Positions 38,373 to 51,300 of a stretch of DNA of 64,000 bases are shown here, one piece after another; within the stretch, counting starts at the first letter, position 1, and every line of letters starts with the position of its first letter. The notes beneath the pieces were generated by a model. It was not told where the DNA came from and made no database searches. It worked only from the letters and a program-made list of their open reading frames with translations. Location: the NCBI RefSeq assembly GCF_006345805.1, contig NC_043000.1, positions 43,586,001 to 43,650,000 of the forward strand, given 5' to 3'. This stretch comes from Octopus sinensis (lineage: Eukaryota). Made by a program: the position numbers and the translations under genes.

Positions 38373-41300
38373 TATGTGTATACGTATATATGTACATATA
38401 TAACGTATTATATACTAGTAAATTATCTTGAGACGTTCTTTGATATTCAAATTAGCTTCAATATTTTTATCATAACACTACTAATTATAAAGATATATTG
38501 TGTGTTCCTTCCTGATAAAAATCACACAATTTCTAGCGTCAATGATGAAAAAGGAACGAACGTTTGTAGTCTTTAAATGAGACATTCTATAGCTAATCAT
38601 GCTTAAACATATAAGGAAACTAAGAAAATTCAAGCAAGATCTCCAATCAAAGAATAACATTAACGCTTCCCGGTATTAAACACAACATCAACTTTCCCGG
38701 TGGTAATAAGTGTAAGCTTCATTTTATACAAGAATATACATTTTGTTTACCATACATCAATATCATTATCAGGGTTCCTTATGCAAAAGAAAAAAATGAT
38801 CAAACGAACAAGAGGAAAGAAATGATTCTTTTTTTTTTTTTTTTGGAAAATGCAGTAAATGAAACAGTTTAACTATAATGATAGTGAACTCTACGTCTTA
38901 AGTTGATGAATAACTGGCAGCTTGATTATTCATGTAATATCAAAACAGAAATTTACAATATTCCGTGAATATCTCAAATGAGATTTTCCTAAAGAGTATG
39001 CCGCCAATTTAAATACAATGAAATAGTAATTCTTAAAATTGGAACAGGATGTGTTAATGAAAGAGAAAATGCATGTTCGGTCTGTGAGTGGTGAACTACG
39101 TAGATTAAACGAAACCATTCCTGTATGCGCAAACCAGTAATTACATATACTACACATAAGTATTTTGCGTCTTCTATCAACTAATCATTTTATAGTGAAA
39201 CACATATTGAACAAACTAATATAAATGCCGATTGTTCTCTAAGACAGATTACGACAAATATTTTCACAATCTAAAACGAAAATTACCTTTTCGCTCCCAT
39301 GTTCTACTTTGACGATTGTTTGCAATTTAGGCTTATATGAATGTTTTATATGATGTCGAGTCAGTTATTCACATTAAAGTGAAAGAATGGTATGCAAACA
39401 CTTAGCTTCCGATAATTTGATATTGTTTACGCGCACAATCGGAAAAAATCTCGTTAAAGCACACACATACACTACAAGGTTTTTTTTCACGCGCGAGCGC
39501 GCAAACACACTCTCATATACGACACGCACACGCATAAATTACACAATACATTTAGAATTACAGAGAATAGAACGAACAATATTGCAAGCAGATAGGTCTT
39601 ACATGTCAAATAATATGAACAAAAATAACGAATGCAATTCAGAGAATGGAGGTATTTGATAAACAAAGGGAGGGTGGTGAAATAAAGGTTACCGATTTAA
39701 ATACCTTTGATGATTTGAGGATAATCAGAATGTCGTCCTGGATCGAATGTAGTAGGACAGATATATTACAGTAGCAAGTCACCTTTTTTCCTATGAAGAC
39801 CATGCGTAGATCGTATTTGAGAATCAAAATCTACAGGGGCGCCGAAAAATATTGAATAAAAGCTACGTTTCCCTAATAGGTAAGAATTTAGACTGACACT
39901 TTGCTTTCCGAAAGACAGTCATGAAAGCATTACCTTTAACTAGTTTAACTAGTTTCAATTTTGAAGAATTAATGACTAGATATGTGTAAGTTATAAGAGT
40001 CAAGTTTACACGGAATGATTTCTATAATCTTCGTTTGAAACGGATATTTATTTTTACATCAGTATATAATTGTTATAAATTTTGGGGGTTTGTAATTTCT
40101 GATTTTAGTCGAACATCGAACGCATGAATGAGCTGTCGAGGGATCCGTAAATGAAACCCGCTTCCAGTATTATAAAAAATAATCTACTTTGTAGCAGCAC
40201 AGGAAGGTTAAATTTAAGCGTATGTCACTAATATTTTATGGAGACCATTCAATGAATGGCAACGAAATACTTGCTCGGTTATGTACATTGTATATTCTTT
40301 TTTGCTTTTACTTATAACTTGACTGCTAAAACATGTAACAAATATATTTTGAATATAAATGCTTTTGGTGATATGTTTTCGCAAGTATCCTGAAGATAAT
40401 AACGCATCTTCGCCACTCAAAAGATTGATTTAAAATGGCAAGGGCTCCAACGATGGCGGCTTCGTTACTCACACTTTGAAGAAAGAAGGTTGTGCTTAAT
40501 CTGTTTCAGTGCATGTCTAAGCATCATCATTCAGTCACACAACATCAAATTCCAACCTCTTTCAAAGCCTTAACATCTGCCTTTATCCGTGTTATGTAAC
40601 AAAGAGTATCATTTGTTCGTGTCTTATAACGTCATCATTTTACGTTTTACAGATATAGTGACCCTTTGGCTGTGTTACAATTTGTAGTAAATAACTTTTA
40701 ACAGGTCGCTGAAGATGCATGAGACATAAGCATAAATGTCATTTTGTTGACCATTCAAACTAGCTATAACTTTATTTATTTCAAAAGTATATAATTATAT
40801 ATAATGATAATATATAATAATCACTCTCATTTATTTATCTTTACCAATATAAACATTATTTTAAGTAACCAACAAGTAAGTAAAAAATGTTCTTAGTTAA
40901 TCGCAAGAAATAGCTCCGTTAACCAAATAAACAAAAGCATAAAACTACGATAATTACAAACTATATTATTTCTTAGATAAACAGACGATAAACTATAAAA
41001 AAATTATCACTTTCCTTAGTTTTTAAGAAGGAACTAAATTAGAGTTTGGAAAAGTTATATTATTGTATAAATTGTATTCATGATTATATGTCTAAAAGTT
41101 CGGAAAAACATCATATGAGGAAATATATGTATCAAAATAAGTACCACAATAAATATAGATATATCTATAATCATTTAAAAATATATAATTATATATAATA
41201 ATTATTCTAATTTATTTATTCGAATTTATAGAAATATTATTCCTAATACAAAATACTAAATTACTTGGTTTATCATAGGGAAAAATATCTTTGTAAATCA

Positions 41301-41406
41301 AAGTTTATATATTTACAAATTAATTACGTACAGAAAAATAACCGGAAATATGCACTTATGATAGAGATGTTTATTTACCACAATATAGTATTATATGAAA
41401 TTATTC

Positions 41407-41449
<43 letters not shown>

Positions 41450-41743
41450 TATTGTATTTGCACAGCTAGTAACGTTGGAGATGTACTACGGTGCCAGCTG
41501 TTCACTACCAGTGAACTAAGGCGTCACTCCTATCATATCTCTCGATTTTTGTTTCTTCCCTATCACATATTCTGGAGGGTATATCAGCCGAAACGTTGTG
41601 TTTACAACAAACAAGATGAGGACAGATATCCGTCAAATGTAAATAATATAAACCAACTTTTCTGCATAGAAAATGGAATGCTACCACGCTGCTATAGAGT
41701 AGCATCTTCCCTCGATGGGAAACGATTATCTATTTATAAATAT

Positions 41744-41805
41744 ACTAACAGCTAAGCCCGGTTTCACCCGGTAAGCTTCGGCGATGTGGTCATTTTCCAT
41801 TAGGC
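41744..41805 (-). mobile_element. Helitron-like 3' terminus
   Basis: Minus strand ACCGG-GTGAAA-CCGG hairpin, 9-10 nt spacer, then TTAGT (CTAGT variant). Confidence 0.45.
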
Positions 41806-41816
41806 TTAATCTATAA

Positions 41817-41850
41817 CAGCGTTTCTCAACCTTATTATTTTGATTCCCCT
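41817..41850 (+). mobile_element. Possible hAT (Charlie-like) terminal fragment
   Basis: CAGCGTTTCTCAACCTT preceded by ATCTATAA (NTCTAGAN-like target); the partner end was not found. Confidence 0.3.
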
Positions 41851-42009
41851 GTTTCGCTTGGAGCCTCCAGCTGTATGAAACTTTCCTGATTTCCCCACCT
41901 CTTGTCAGAAAAAAAAGCTTCAGGAGTTGTGAAGAACGAATTTGTGTGTAGTCTGTTTCTGAGAGCTATTCTATTGGACCTCTGTCTAATCGTTAACGCA
42001 TTTATTTAA

Positions 42010-42336
42010 TTATGAACATATAAAGAAATTATACAGTGGTTGACAAGCTGAACCTTTACAGCTTCCTATAGGTCTGAATGGAATCCCATCCTTGTGAATC
42101 ATAGGAAGACAGTACATTGGTGGTAGTTTACTGTAGTGTTGAGTCAGTTGTCTGTACTTCATTGCTGTAAAGTGATCGTTGTTCTTCTTCAAGATCTGTG
42201 ACAACTTCCTCTATGTTTTCAGAGTAGGGTCTTTCTGTACTTTGCTATAGCTACCATCACTTATAAGACTTGTCTGTTTTTCCGAGTAGTCAGACGTGTT
42301 CATCAACACTGCAGCATTTCCCTTGTCTGCTGGAAG
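42010..42336 (-). mobile_element. Penelope-like element RT N-terminal fragment
   Basis: LPADKGNAAVLMNTSDYSEK...KDPT and YSKLPPMYCLPMIHKDGIPFRPIGS match the PLE motifs PADKG.A.V..N..DY..K and P..YGLPKIHK..P.RPIVS. Confidence 0.85.
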
Positions 42337-42745
42337 TTGGTTTAATCGCTCTTCATCGAACGTTACTAGACGACCAGAACGAGGTGCGACTTTGAGGTCA
42401 AAATTTCTATATTTGAACTTGGCACACCAATCACGAGCGGCTCTTTCAGCTATGGCACCCTCTGCATACACAGCACAAATGTCGCGAGCAGCTTTACCAG
42501 CCTTAGAACCTTGATTAAAAGCAAAAAGGAAGTGTCGAAAATGTTCGTTTTTCTTAACTTGACATTCCATTTTATATGATCTGAAAATATAGAAAAATTA
42601 ACTAAAATTAACGAGGAAACAAAAAGAATATAAATTAAAAATGATTCAAAATTAGAATTCTCGAAACAAATAGATTCCAGATTTTAAAAAAATCCAATGA
42701 ATTCCAAACTTTAAAATAACGGCAGGAACTCAGTTGCCAACCCAA
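42334..42745 (-). mobile_element. Mariner transposon 5' fragment (HTH region)
   Basis: 5' TA|TTGGGTTGGCAACTGAGTT TIR; MECQVKKNEHFRH...AARDICAVY.EGAIAER.ARDW..KFK..NFDL...PRSGR...FDEERLNQL. Confidence 0.9.
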
Positions 42746-42920
42746 TACATACGCATATATATACGTGTGTGTGTGTGTGTGTTTGTGTGTATGTGTGTGT
42801 GTACGAATATATACATACACATACAGAGATATTTAAGCACATTCTTTACATATTTTGTCGTTGTATTCCAAATCAATGCTATGTATTTAGCGCTTAATTT
42901 GACAGCCATTGTTGTCAGCA

Positions 42921-42987
42921 GATAGTTTAGCTTCATGGTAGAGTACTCCGACAGTATGCAGTGGGTGCAGATTCGAGTTCCATAGCT
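42921..42987 (+). mobile_element. Degenerate tRNA-like SINE head or tRNA pseudogene
   Basis: A-box-like TAGCTTCATGGTAGAG and B-box-like GATTCGAGTTCC at tRNA spacing; the cloverleaf is not intact. Confidence 0.3.
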
Positions 42988-43457
42988 TTTTGTTGACAAT
43001 TTTTTTTCCGTTTTATAAGGATAATAATACCCAGTGTTTTTACTGTTTTACGGCTACTGACTGTGCGAGAAATTGCGTTCTACTCTAAAACAAAAATAAA
43101 AGCTTGTTTATGCGTATATGTATATAGATTCAGATGAATATGGTACTTAAGTTGAGGCACCACAATTTAGTACGGTATTATTCATACAATTTCAAAGTAA
43201 GGTGATTAAAACACTAATAAGCAACAGGGATGTCCAGAGGTAATGTAGTACGACCGTTCCAAGCGGCTCCATTTAAAGGAACAATGCAAACATTACATTA
43301 ATGTAAATGGAGGGCTGCCCTCAGTTGCATAGATAAATAGAATTTTTAATCAGTAGGACACATTAATATAATTTTTAGAAAACTTCCTTAATAGAGCAAG
43401 AATTTTTGCAATGTTCTACCTTTGCTCTACCTCTAGAAAACCTTGTTGCTTATTTTG

Positions 43458-43495
<38 letters not shown>

Positions 43496-45748
43496 TATTT
43501 TCCTCTCGTTCTTGTCTAACGACCTACAGTGTTTTTTTTAAATTCAGTTTCCTTGTATGTCTCTAATGGCATGTTTTTTCTCCAACTTTGACTCTCCATA
43601 AATCCTAAGTTTTCTTTTAGAATTAATGGGAGCAACTGTGTTTGAGGACTCATATTGTTGCTGAGTGCTCGAAATGAGGAGTAGATAGACAGAAGGACAA
43701 CAGATGAATGGTCTTTTCCTTGTGTTTATTAGCCCTGTTTTCCATTTTTTTCGTTGTTTACATATTTCATGTTATTTTCTATTTCATAGCAGCATCTTGA
43801 AGTGTTTAATTGCCTTGAAACATCTGGGCATTTTTGAAATCGAACTGTATTTTGTGCAAGAATAGAAAAAAAAAAACATTGTTAAGAAATCAATGCATTG
43901 TTACTTGTTTAAACATATTAAGTTTTGCATTACTGTCAGCAACACGATTGAGAACAGTCATTTACTGAATTTTTCAACTCATTATCAACGACTTTTATAA
44001 TCAGAGATATATGTAATTACTGTTCAAACTAAATATACATAATTATTTTAAATAAAATAATTACATCAATAAACTATACATTGTTTGACTAATATAGTTT
44101 CAAATACTAATGCACGAAGTCATCCTTCTCCAATTTGTAAGTTCCAGTGATTATTTGAAAGTAAATGTCTGGAGTCTAGAAACTAATGAATTTAGGGATA
44201 TGATGAATTTGTATTTTTTTCTACTGATTAGTAAGCATTTTAGAAAATAATTACCTATTTTTTGCTTAGTTGCCATCATACTATATATTATATATCATGT
44301 AACAGATTAGCATTGATTGGGATTTCAGTGTTCCCATTGAGCTTTTATTCGTTGGTTGAATACTTCTTTAAAAGAAAGCATCAAATTTGCTTCTAATGTG
44401 ATTGAAATCCAACTTATTTCTAGTCGGACTGTAATGGTAGTGTACAGCCCTTCCTTCAGCGTATAGCTTGTCGTTTGCTATGAATTTGACTCATTACCAG
44501 AAAAAAGGAAACATAAAAAAGCACACTAATTATTTAATTTTTATATATTAGGTTGGTGGTTTACTTTTCAATTTGTGATGTATCATGTCTGCGTCATTAA
44601 AGACAATACCACTTTTTCATACGTTTCATTTATACAACGTAGTAGGTTACAATCGATCAGTAAGTGACATATGTCTAGTAATATTGTGGCCCTATACAGC
44701 AATTATTATCGTTGATAATTTGCTTTTGAAAGGTTATAGAGATCTGGTCATGAGAAGAAATACTGAAATGTTTTGAAACCTAGAATTTGTTGCAAATTTA
44801 AATATGAAAAATATCAATACTTTGAATATTGAATGGTAGTGCATATAATCCTCAAGAAGATGCCCGTCTGTTATGGAACCGATCGATTTCTTCTTTTAAT
44901 GTAATTCTCACGCTCAGTGTTTTGATCTCAGCTGCAGTGCAGAAGCAGGAGGAAAATTTAGTAGTATCTACTCGGAGTGTTATCGATTAGAAATAACGTC
45001 AGGTATGTCACTAATTACTTATGTTAGAGTTCAGTCGATCGTAATTAAAGCGTACTGAAAAAGTTTGCTCGTAGGCTTATGAACATAGATAAAACAAGGA
45101 GAGATCACTTACATTGTCACGCTAACTACTACAGATTGTAACCTACTTTAATAAATATAAATAAATGTCCAACTGGAAAATTTTGGTCTGTTTATCCCTG
45201 CATTGTGACTGCTTCTTTGATTATATATCTGCTGTCTCAGGGCTGATCTGCAAATCTAACTCCTAGGACAAACCGGATATCTAGGAGCTCAGGTGTGCGT
45301 TTTGCGGTAATAATACTTTTCCGACAATATACACTTTCTTAAAACGTTAAAGGCATCCTAACTGTAAATTATTCACATAATGAAGAAGTGTGTAAATTGA
45401 GTGGAAAAGTAACTGACAATACCCATACACCTATAAATTATCCACAAACTACTGACACTCGTCCTTATTCGGTCCATATCTGCTACCGTGTGGCGAAGTA
45501 ATATTTAAAAAAAGAAATACTCAGAGGGTCAAGATTCTCCTAGAGTTTGGAATCTACCTGAAAAGAATCCTCTAGCCGTACACATATCTCAGAATATTGA
45601 AAGTCGTCATTTCGCTCGAATTCTAATGCACTCTCAATACGACCATCGAAATCAACAGCTAATCGCTACGCTAAATCTTTACCAAACTATCAAACTCCTT
45701 CCTACTTATTGTAATCCTTCCTCTCGTAACAGAAATATACTTACTTCC

Positions 45749-45925
<177 letters not shown>

Positions 45926-46310
45926 AAAAAGAAGATTAGTAAATATAAAGACTTGCTAATAGAAATTGAAAACATGTGTCATCTCAAGGCGACTACGGTA
46001 CCAGTGATTGTAGGATCTCTAGGAATGATAAAAAAGGTACTGAAACCTATTTGAAAATGATTCCAGGCTTACCATCCCGACAGGAAGTGCAAAAAATCGT
46101 ATTAATTGGAACGGCTCATGTACTGAGAAGAGCATTTTTGCTGTGAAAACAACATCCATTCATGAATTTATTTATTTATTAATTTTTAAATACATATTTT
46201 ATCTGTGAATTTGCGCGTGTAATCTGGGAATGCATACAATGAGCTTCTCTGCCCTAGGTGTATGGAAAACACCCGGAAACGGAAGAAAATTTGAAGAAAG
46301 AAGGAAAAAC
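45926..46310 (+). mobile_element. R4/Dong-type non-LTR retrotransposon 3' end (restriction-like endonuclease C-terminus plus 3' UTR)
   Basis: KISKYKDLLIEIENMCHLKATTVPVIVGSLGMIKK, then after a frameshift PGLPSRQEVQKIVLIGTAHVLRRA. Flanked by (TAA)n on both sides, the known Dong target. Confidence 0.88.
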
Positions 46311-46325
46311 ATAATAATAATAATG

Positions 46326-46370
<45 letters not shown>

Positions 46371-46373
<3 letters not shown>

Positions 46374-46573
46374 GTTTAAAATTTTGGCGCAAGGCCGGCA
46401 AAGTTGGGAGTAAGTTGATTAACACCAACCTCAGTGTTTAACTAGTACTCAATTCCTCAAAGAGAAAGGACAAATATGTTCTCAACGGAGTAGTGAACTA
46501 AGAAATCAGAGACATAAAAATTGCGATTACGTAAGTTTTCGGCATGCTAACCATTGTGCCAGCTCGCCACCTT
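46371..46573 (-). mobile_element. SINE family B, diverged copy
   Basis: TTTTGGCGCAAGGCCGGCAA... and ...GCATGCTAACCATTGTGCCAGCTCGCCACCTT match the ends of the other family-B copies. Confidence 0.65.
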
Positions 46574-46681
46574 AACAACAGCAGCAACAGCAACATCAGC
46601 AAAAACAATAGTATAATCGCATTATAATTTGTATTGCAATAACTATTCTTAAAATTATTATTATTATTATTATTATTATTA

Positions 46682-46730
<49 letters not shown>

Positions 46731-47949
46731 CATTATTATAGCCATTGATTATTGATTTCTTTTCTCTTCTATTTTCTATTCTTTTCTTTTTATAGAATCA
46801 ATTAAAGGACAATATGAGTCAATAGTAATATAACTTGCTTAATTAAATTACGCAAATGTTTTCCAGTGGCAGAGAGTTATAAGTGTCAAAGTAATGTCAG
46901 AGTTTCATTTCTATATTTGTTGAGTGTGTTAGTTGCGTGTTTCAAACACTTTACATATTTGTTTAAAAGATTTCTGTTTTATTTTTATTATCTAGTCCGT
47001 CTGAGAGAGATTCACTGATGCATTGAAATTTATTGTTAATATCTCCCTTTAGATTGCATATAATCTATCAAAACTTTTCAAATTAAATTCAAGTAATCGC
47101 TTCAGCAAATTCTACATTTAGAAAATGTGCTCTGAAAACGGTTTTTATCTTTTGCTATGTTTTAAACATATTTTTGGCAGTGAATACAAGAATGTAACTT
47201 ATTTGTTTTAACAAAAGAAAATTAAACTTGGGTTATTTATTTCTTTTTGCTTTGTTTGGTTGTTTGTTTGTTCGTATTCCACTTGTTACAAACACAATTT
47301 TAGTTCTAGTTTCCTTATTTTTGCGTGAATATACATTTATTAATATGTTTGGTATTTGGCACCCATGTAAAGGAATATAAAATATGTACCAGATTTGTGC
47401 TGAAATCTTGGAAACAAATGTATAAATCGCTTACAAATACATAGTCTGAAAATTTGAGTAAAGTAATTATACTAATAATTATTATCATCATAATTATTAT
47501 TGCATCTTTTGAGAACCGTCTTCTCTTGACATTAGTATAGTGTTGCCAGAGGAATTGAAGATTTTATCCATGTGGGGTCCATTAGGCAGATACACGGTGT
47601 GTGTGTGTGTATGTGTGTGAGTGTGTGTGTATATGTGTGTGTGTGAGAGAGAGAGAGTTCCCGAGGGAAGTTGAGGGAGATAGATAGTGTGTCTTGAAAT
47701 GGCTATGCTCACTTGAAGATACAGTCAAGGACACATGGAGGGATATATTTCTACTTGTGTATAGCTTATATTGCACTAGGCAAATTCAAGACGAGCTACA
47801 ACTGAAGCATCTACAACAGAATACCGGACTTTGTTGTGCAATATTTGAAAATATTGGTGGGATATCTGATGAGAATCTAGCTATCATTAATGTCTCTCTC
47901 ACGTGGGATACACAGCTACTTAGCTTTTTCTACTTTGAATTACGCAAAC

Positions 47950-48300
47950 GTTTTGGCTCTTCTAATGTACTAGGCTGATTTCCCAATTGCTTTTAGGTGA
48001 TTTCCAGTCTGGATCGTTTTCCCATCCGTATCACAAATAATAATGATATATTCCATCTGTATATAAATGGCAAAAATAAACTCTATTTTCGGAATTAATT
48101 TTCGCCATGTCATCGTTGCTACTGCTGCTGCTTTGGATATGCTGAGGAAATTATCTTTCATATGTATAGGACTCATGCTGTTCATAGAGATTCTACTCGA
48201 TTCGAAGATCCAGGGAGGGCTAATATTTATCCTGCGCATGCTTTTCACTTCACTGATAAAGCACCCTATGTTCTATACAACCACAATTAGCTCCATGCTC
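47950..48300 (-). mobile_element. Possible I-group LINE RNase H region remnant
   Basis: A PPW motif followed by a frameshifted IY(T)DG-like sequence; heavily degraded. Confidence 0.3.
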
Positions 48301-49480
48301 TTTGGTTATGAAAGATATTGCAAACAATTATTTTGAAAATAATACTACTGAGTTAATTGGAAAAATATTGAAATTAATGAACTATCCCTTCTGAAAACTC
48401 ACTGACTAAAGCAGTAAACAAAACTGTAACAGATGCAGAGAGTGAGTTTTCAAGAGAATTAAAGCAGCCTATGATTATTTGATTTCTTGCGTATCACATA
48501 ATAAATTTAATCGCGATAAAAGAAACCGGTTTTTATGATGATTTTCATTTTTAGGTTTCTAATATTTCCTATCGTAGGAAGTATATATTAGCAAGGCATT
48601 TAATGATTGTTTAATTCAATTAATTGTAAATTGTGGATGCGATTTTAATCCTATGTTCCCCACGTAATCCAACAATGGAGGTAAAACATTAATATATTTA
48701 GATAATGTTAAATGAAGCTTGGTATGCGTATTTGTATGTGGTTGTTCTTTCTGTGTACATAGAACAAGAGTGAAATAGGAAAAGTGAAATGCTTTGAGTG
48801 CATTTTATGTTAAGTGCGAGAGAAAGCTAGTTTATATATATTATTTCATATGTAGTGAGCTAATATAATACAATATGATATAGACAGCAATAATTATTGC
48901 CTATAAACTCTTTTCCTCATATATGAGACAAGAACCATTAAAAAACATATGATGAGAATCACAGAAATATGTGGTATATCAATTGCACCAATTGACATAA
49001 GCTAAAGACCTTAGGGAATTAATTTTGATGCTTTAATAGTGGGATGATGGGTAGTGCCTATAAACCTATTCATATATTCTTGAATAACTACCAAGGAGGT
49101 AGTTAGTTTAAATCTCCCGACTTTCCTTTCAATTCTTGTTACAGAGTTGCCAACGCTGTATCGGCTTCCTATGGGCAAAAGAAGCAGGGTGGCATTAAAT
49201 GAGCTACTACTCATTATAAACCATTAATGTGTCTGGGTTGATCATAATTAGTCTCAAGCTAATGTCATGAACATAACAGTGATTGACTTGAATCAATGGC
49301 AGGAAACATGAAACGATAGAGCATCACGAAAAACGTAGCTGGGACATAAAAGCTAATTGAGAAGTGCAGAGTCACACATGCATTTACTTTTCATAATTCT
49401 GTGCTTTAAATTTGAAATTAAGATTGCGCTATTTAAATCATTTGCGTATTGGTCTATTTAAAAGATAGCATTGACAATTA

Positions 49481-49861
49481 CTATCTTTTACCTGCTTCAG
49501 TCATTTTGACTGTGGCCATGCTTGAGCACCACCTTTAGTCCAAGAAATTGACCCTTGGACATATTCTTTGTGAGCCTGGTACTCATTATATCGGTCTCTT
49601 TGACGAATCACTAGATTACGAGGACGTAAACACACTGACTTCGGTAGTTAAGTAATGGTGAGGGAACAAATACAGGCACAAACACACACATATATACATA
49701 TATAAACGACAGGCTCCGTTCAGTTTCCAAATCCACGTACAAGGCTTTGGTCTTCTCGAGATTATATTACCAGATATTTGCCCAAGGTGCCACGCAGTAG
49801 GACTAAGCTACGAGCCACATGGTTCGGAAGCAAACTCCTTACCACACGGCCACGCATGCGC
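49481..49861 (-). mobile_element. Full-length SINE family A
   Basis: Minus-strand tRNA-like head GCGCATGCGTGGCCGTGTGGTAAGGAG..., GGCACCTTGGGCAA body, internal (AT/GT) microsatellite and ...CAGTCAAAATGACTGAAGCAGGTAAAAGATAG tail. Confidence 0.88.
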
Positions 49862-50899
49862 TTTGGTTAGATTTTGTAAAGAATTGGTAGTGTGTTCGAT
49901 CGATATTCTGTAGAAACACTTGTCTAGAGAATACATTTCATATTATTTAAAGGTAAGTAATTTGCTGTATCGCATAATGAAAAAAGTGATCATTTCCAAG
50001 TAAAATTAACAAATTTAAAAAAATTATAATTTTGATAAAAAAAACATAAATTGAAATTTAAACGTGAGTCGTACCTGCGTAAGTGATTATGTTGTACGAT
50101 CTCACCAAACGTCTCGATATGTAACAGATATCCTACATTGGAATAAAGAATTCGATTAAAATAAACAGCAATCGAATGAATATCGCACAAATGAGATACA
50201 ATCACAAATAAACATTTTGACAGAAACCCGCCTGTGATTGTCATATGATGTCACTTTTTAGCCACAAATTATTACTGATTTACCAAATCTATGAGTAAAG
50301 ACATTCCAATTGGTTCGAATATGATTTTCACTCTTATATGATCTTATGTATCATCACGTAAGAAGATATATTGTGAATTGATGGAAATTACTGATGTCTC
50401 TTGTGACCGCGATGATTTAATTCGTCATTGAAAGCAGTTCATTCAGTCGGTTAGCTCATAGTTACTGAGCGAATCTATCTATATTTACAGGATTCATACG
50501 GAAATCATCTAATTGAGTAAATTGGAATAAATGCTCAATAGATATGGCCGAATCACTTGCTATTCAGCATGCACATAAGGGGAATAATGCATATATCATT
50601 TATTTCTAATACCTATAACCTACTCTGTATAAATCAAATGATGATAGAATTCTACCACCTAATGTGTTTCACTTTCCGTTTACTGTTTTGAAGTTTGATA
50701 GGATTTCCTTTACGTACGATGCCTTAAAGTGATATACTAACAAAAAGAAAACAAATGCTCACTCAAAATAAGACCACGCGCATTTATGAAACGCTTGCAT
50801 GATTATGAATATTTAATGTTACAAATAATTTCGCATCAGCACTAAAATATTGCTTGATTGAATGCTTATCATCACGAAGCATATTATCTTTTACTTTTG

Positions 50900-51105
50900 T
50901 TGTGTGTGTGTGTGTGTGTCTCTGGCTTGGTATCTATGATTGTGCCCTGCTACCGTTTTACCACCGGTGTTGGGGCGTGTACGTCTCCGCAGATTAGCGG
51001 CTGGACAAAGCTTTAAAATGTACTGGAGTCGATTCATTCGTCTATCAGGGAGATGCTCCAACATATCAGCAGTCTGATGACTGGAATACGTAAAAGATTG
51101 AATAT
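50900..51105 (+). mobile_element. SINE family A, 3' half, diverged
   Basis: GGAGTCGATTCATTCGTCT...GCTCCAACAT...TGATGACTGGAATACGTAAAAGA after (GT)n. Confidence 0.6.
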
Positions 51106-51116
51106 TATACACACAA

Positions 51117-51153
<37 letters not shown>

Positions 51154-51209
51154 TATATACATATATATACATATATATTTATACATACGTATATATATAT
51201 ATATGTATG

Positions 51210-51255
<46 letters not shown>

Positions 51256-51268
51256 CACATACAGGAAT

Positions 51269-51300
<32 letters not shown>

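Noticed and set aside
44918-45002. Possible plus-strand exon CFDLSCSAEAGGKFSSIYSECYRLEITS with CAG|GTATGT donor
   Set aside because: A short open frame is expected by chance; no homology recognised.
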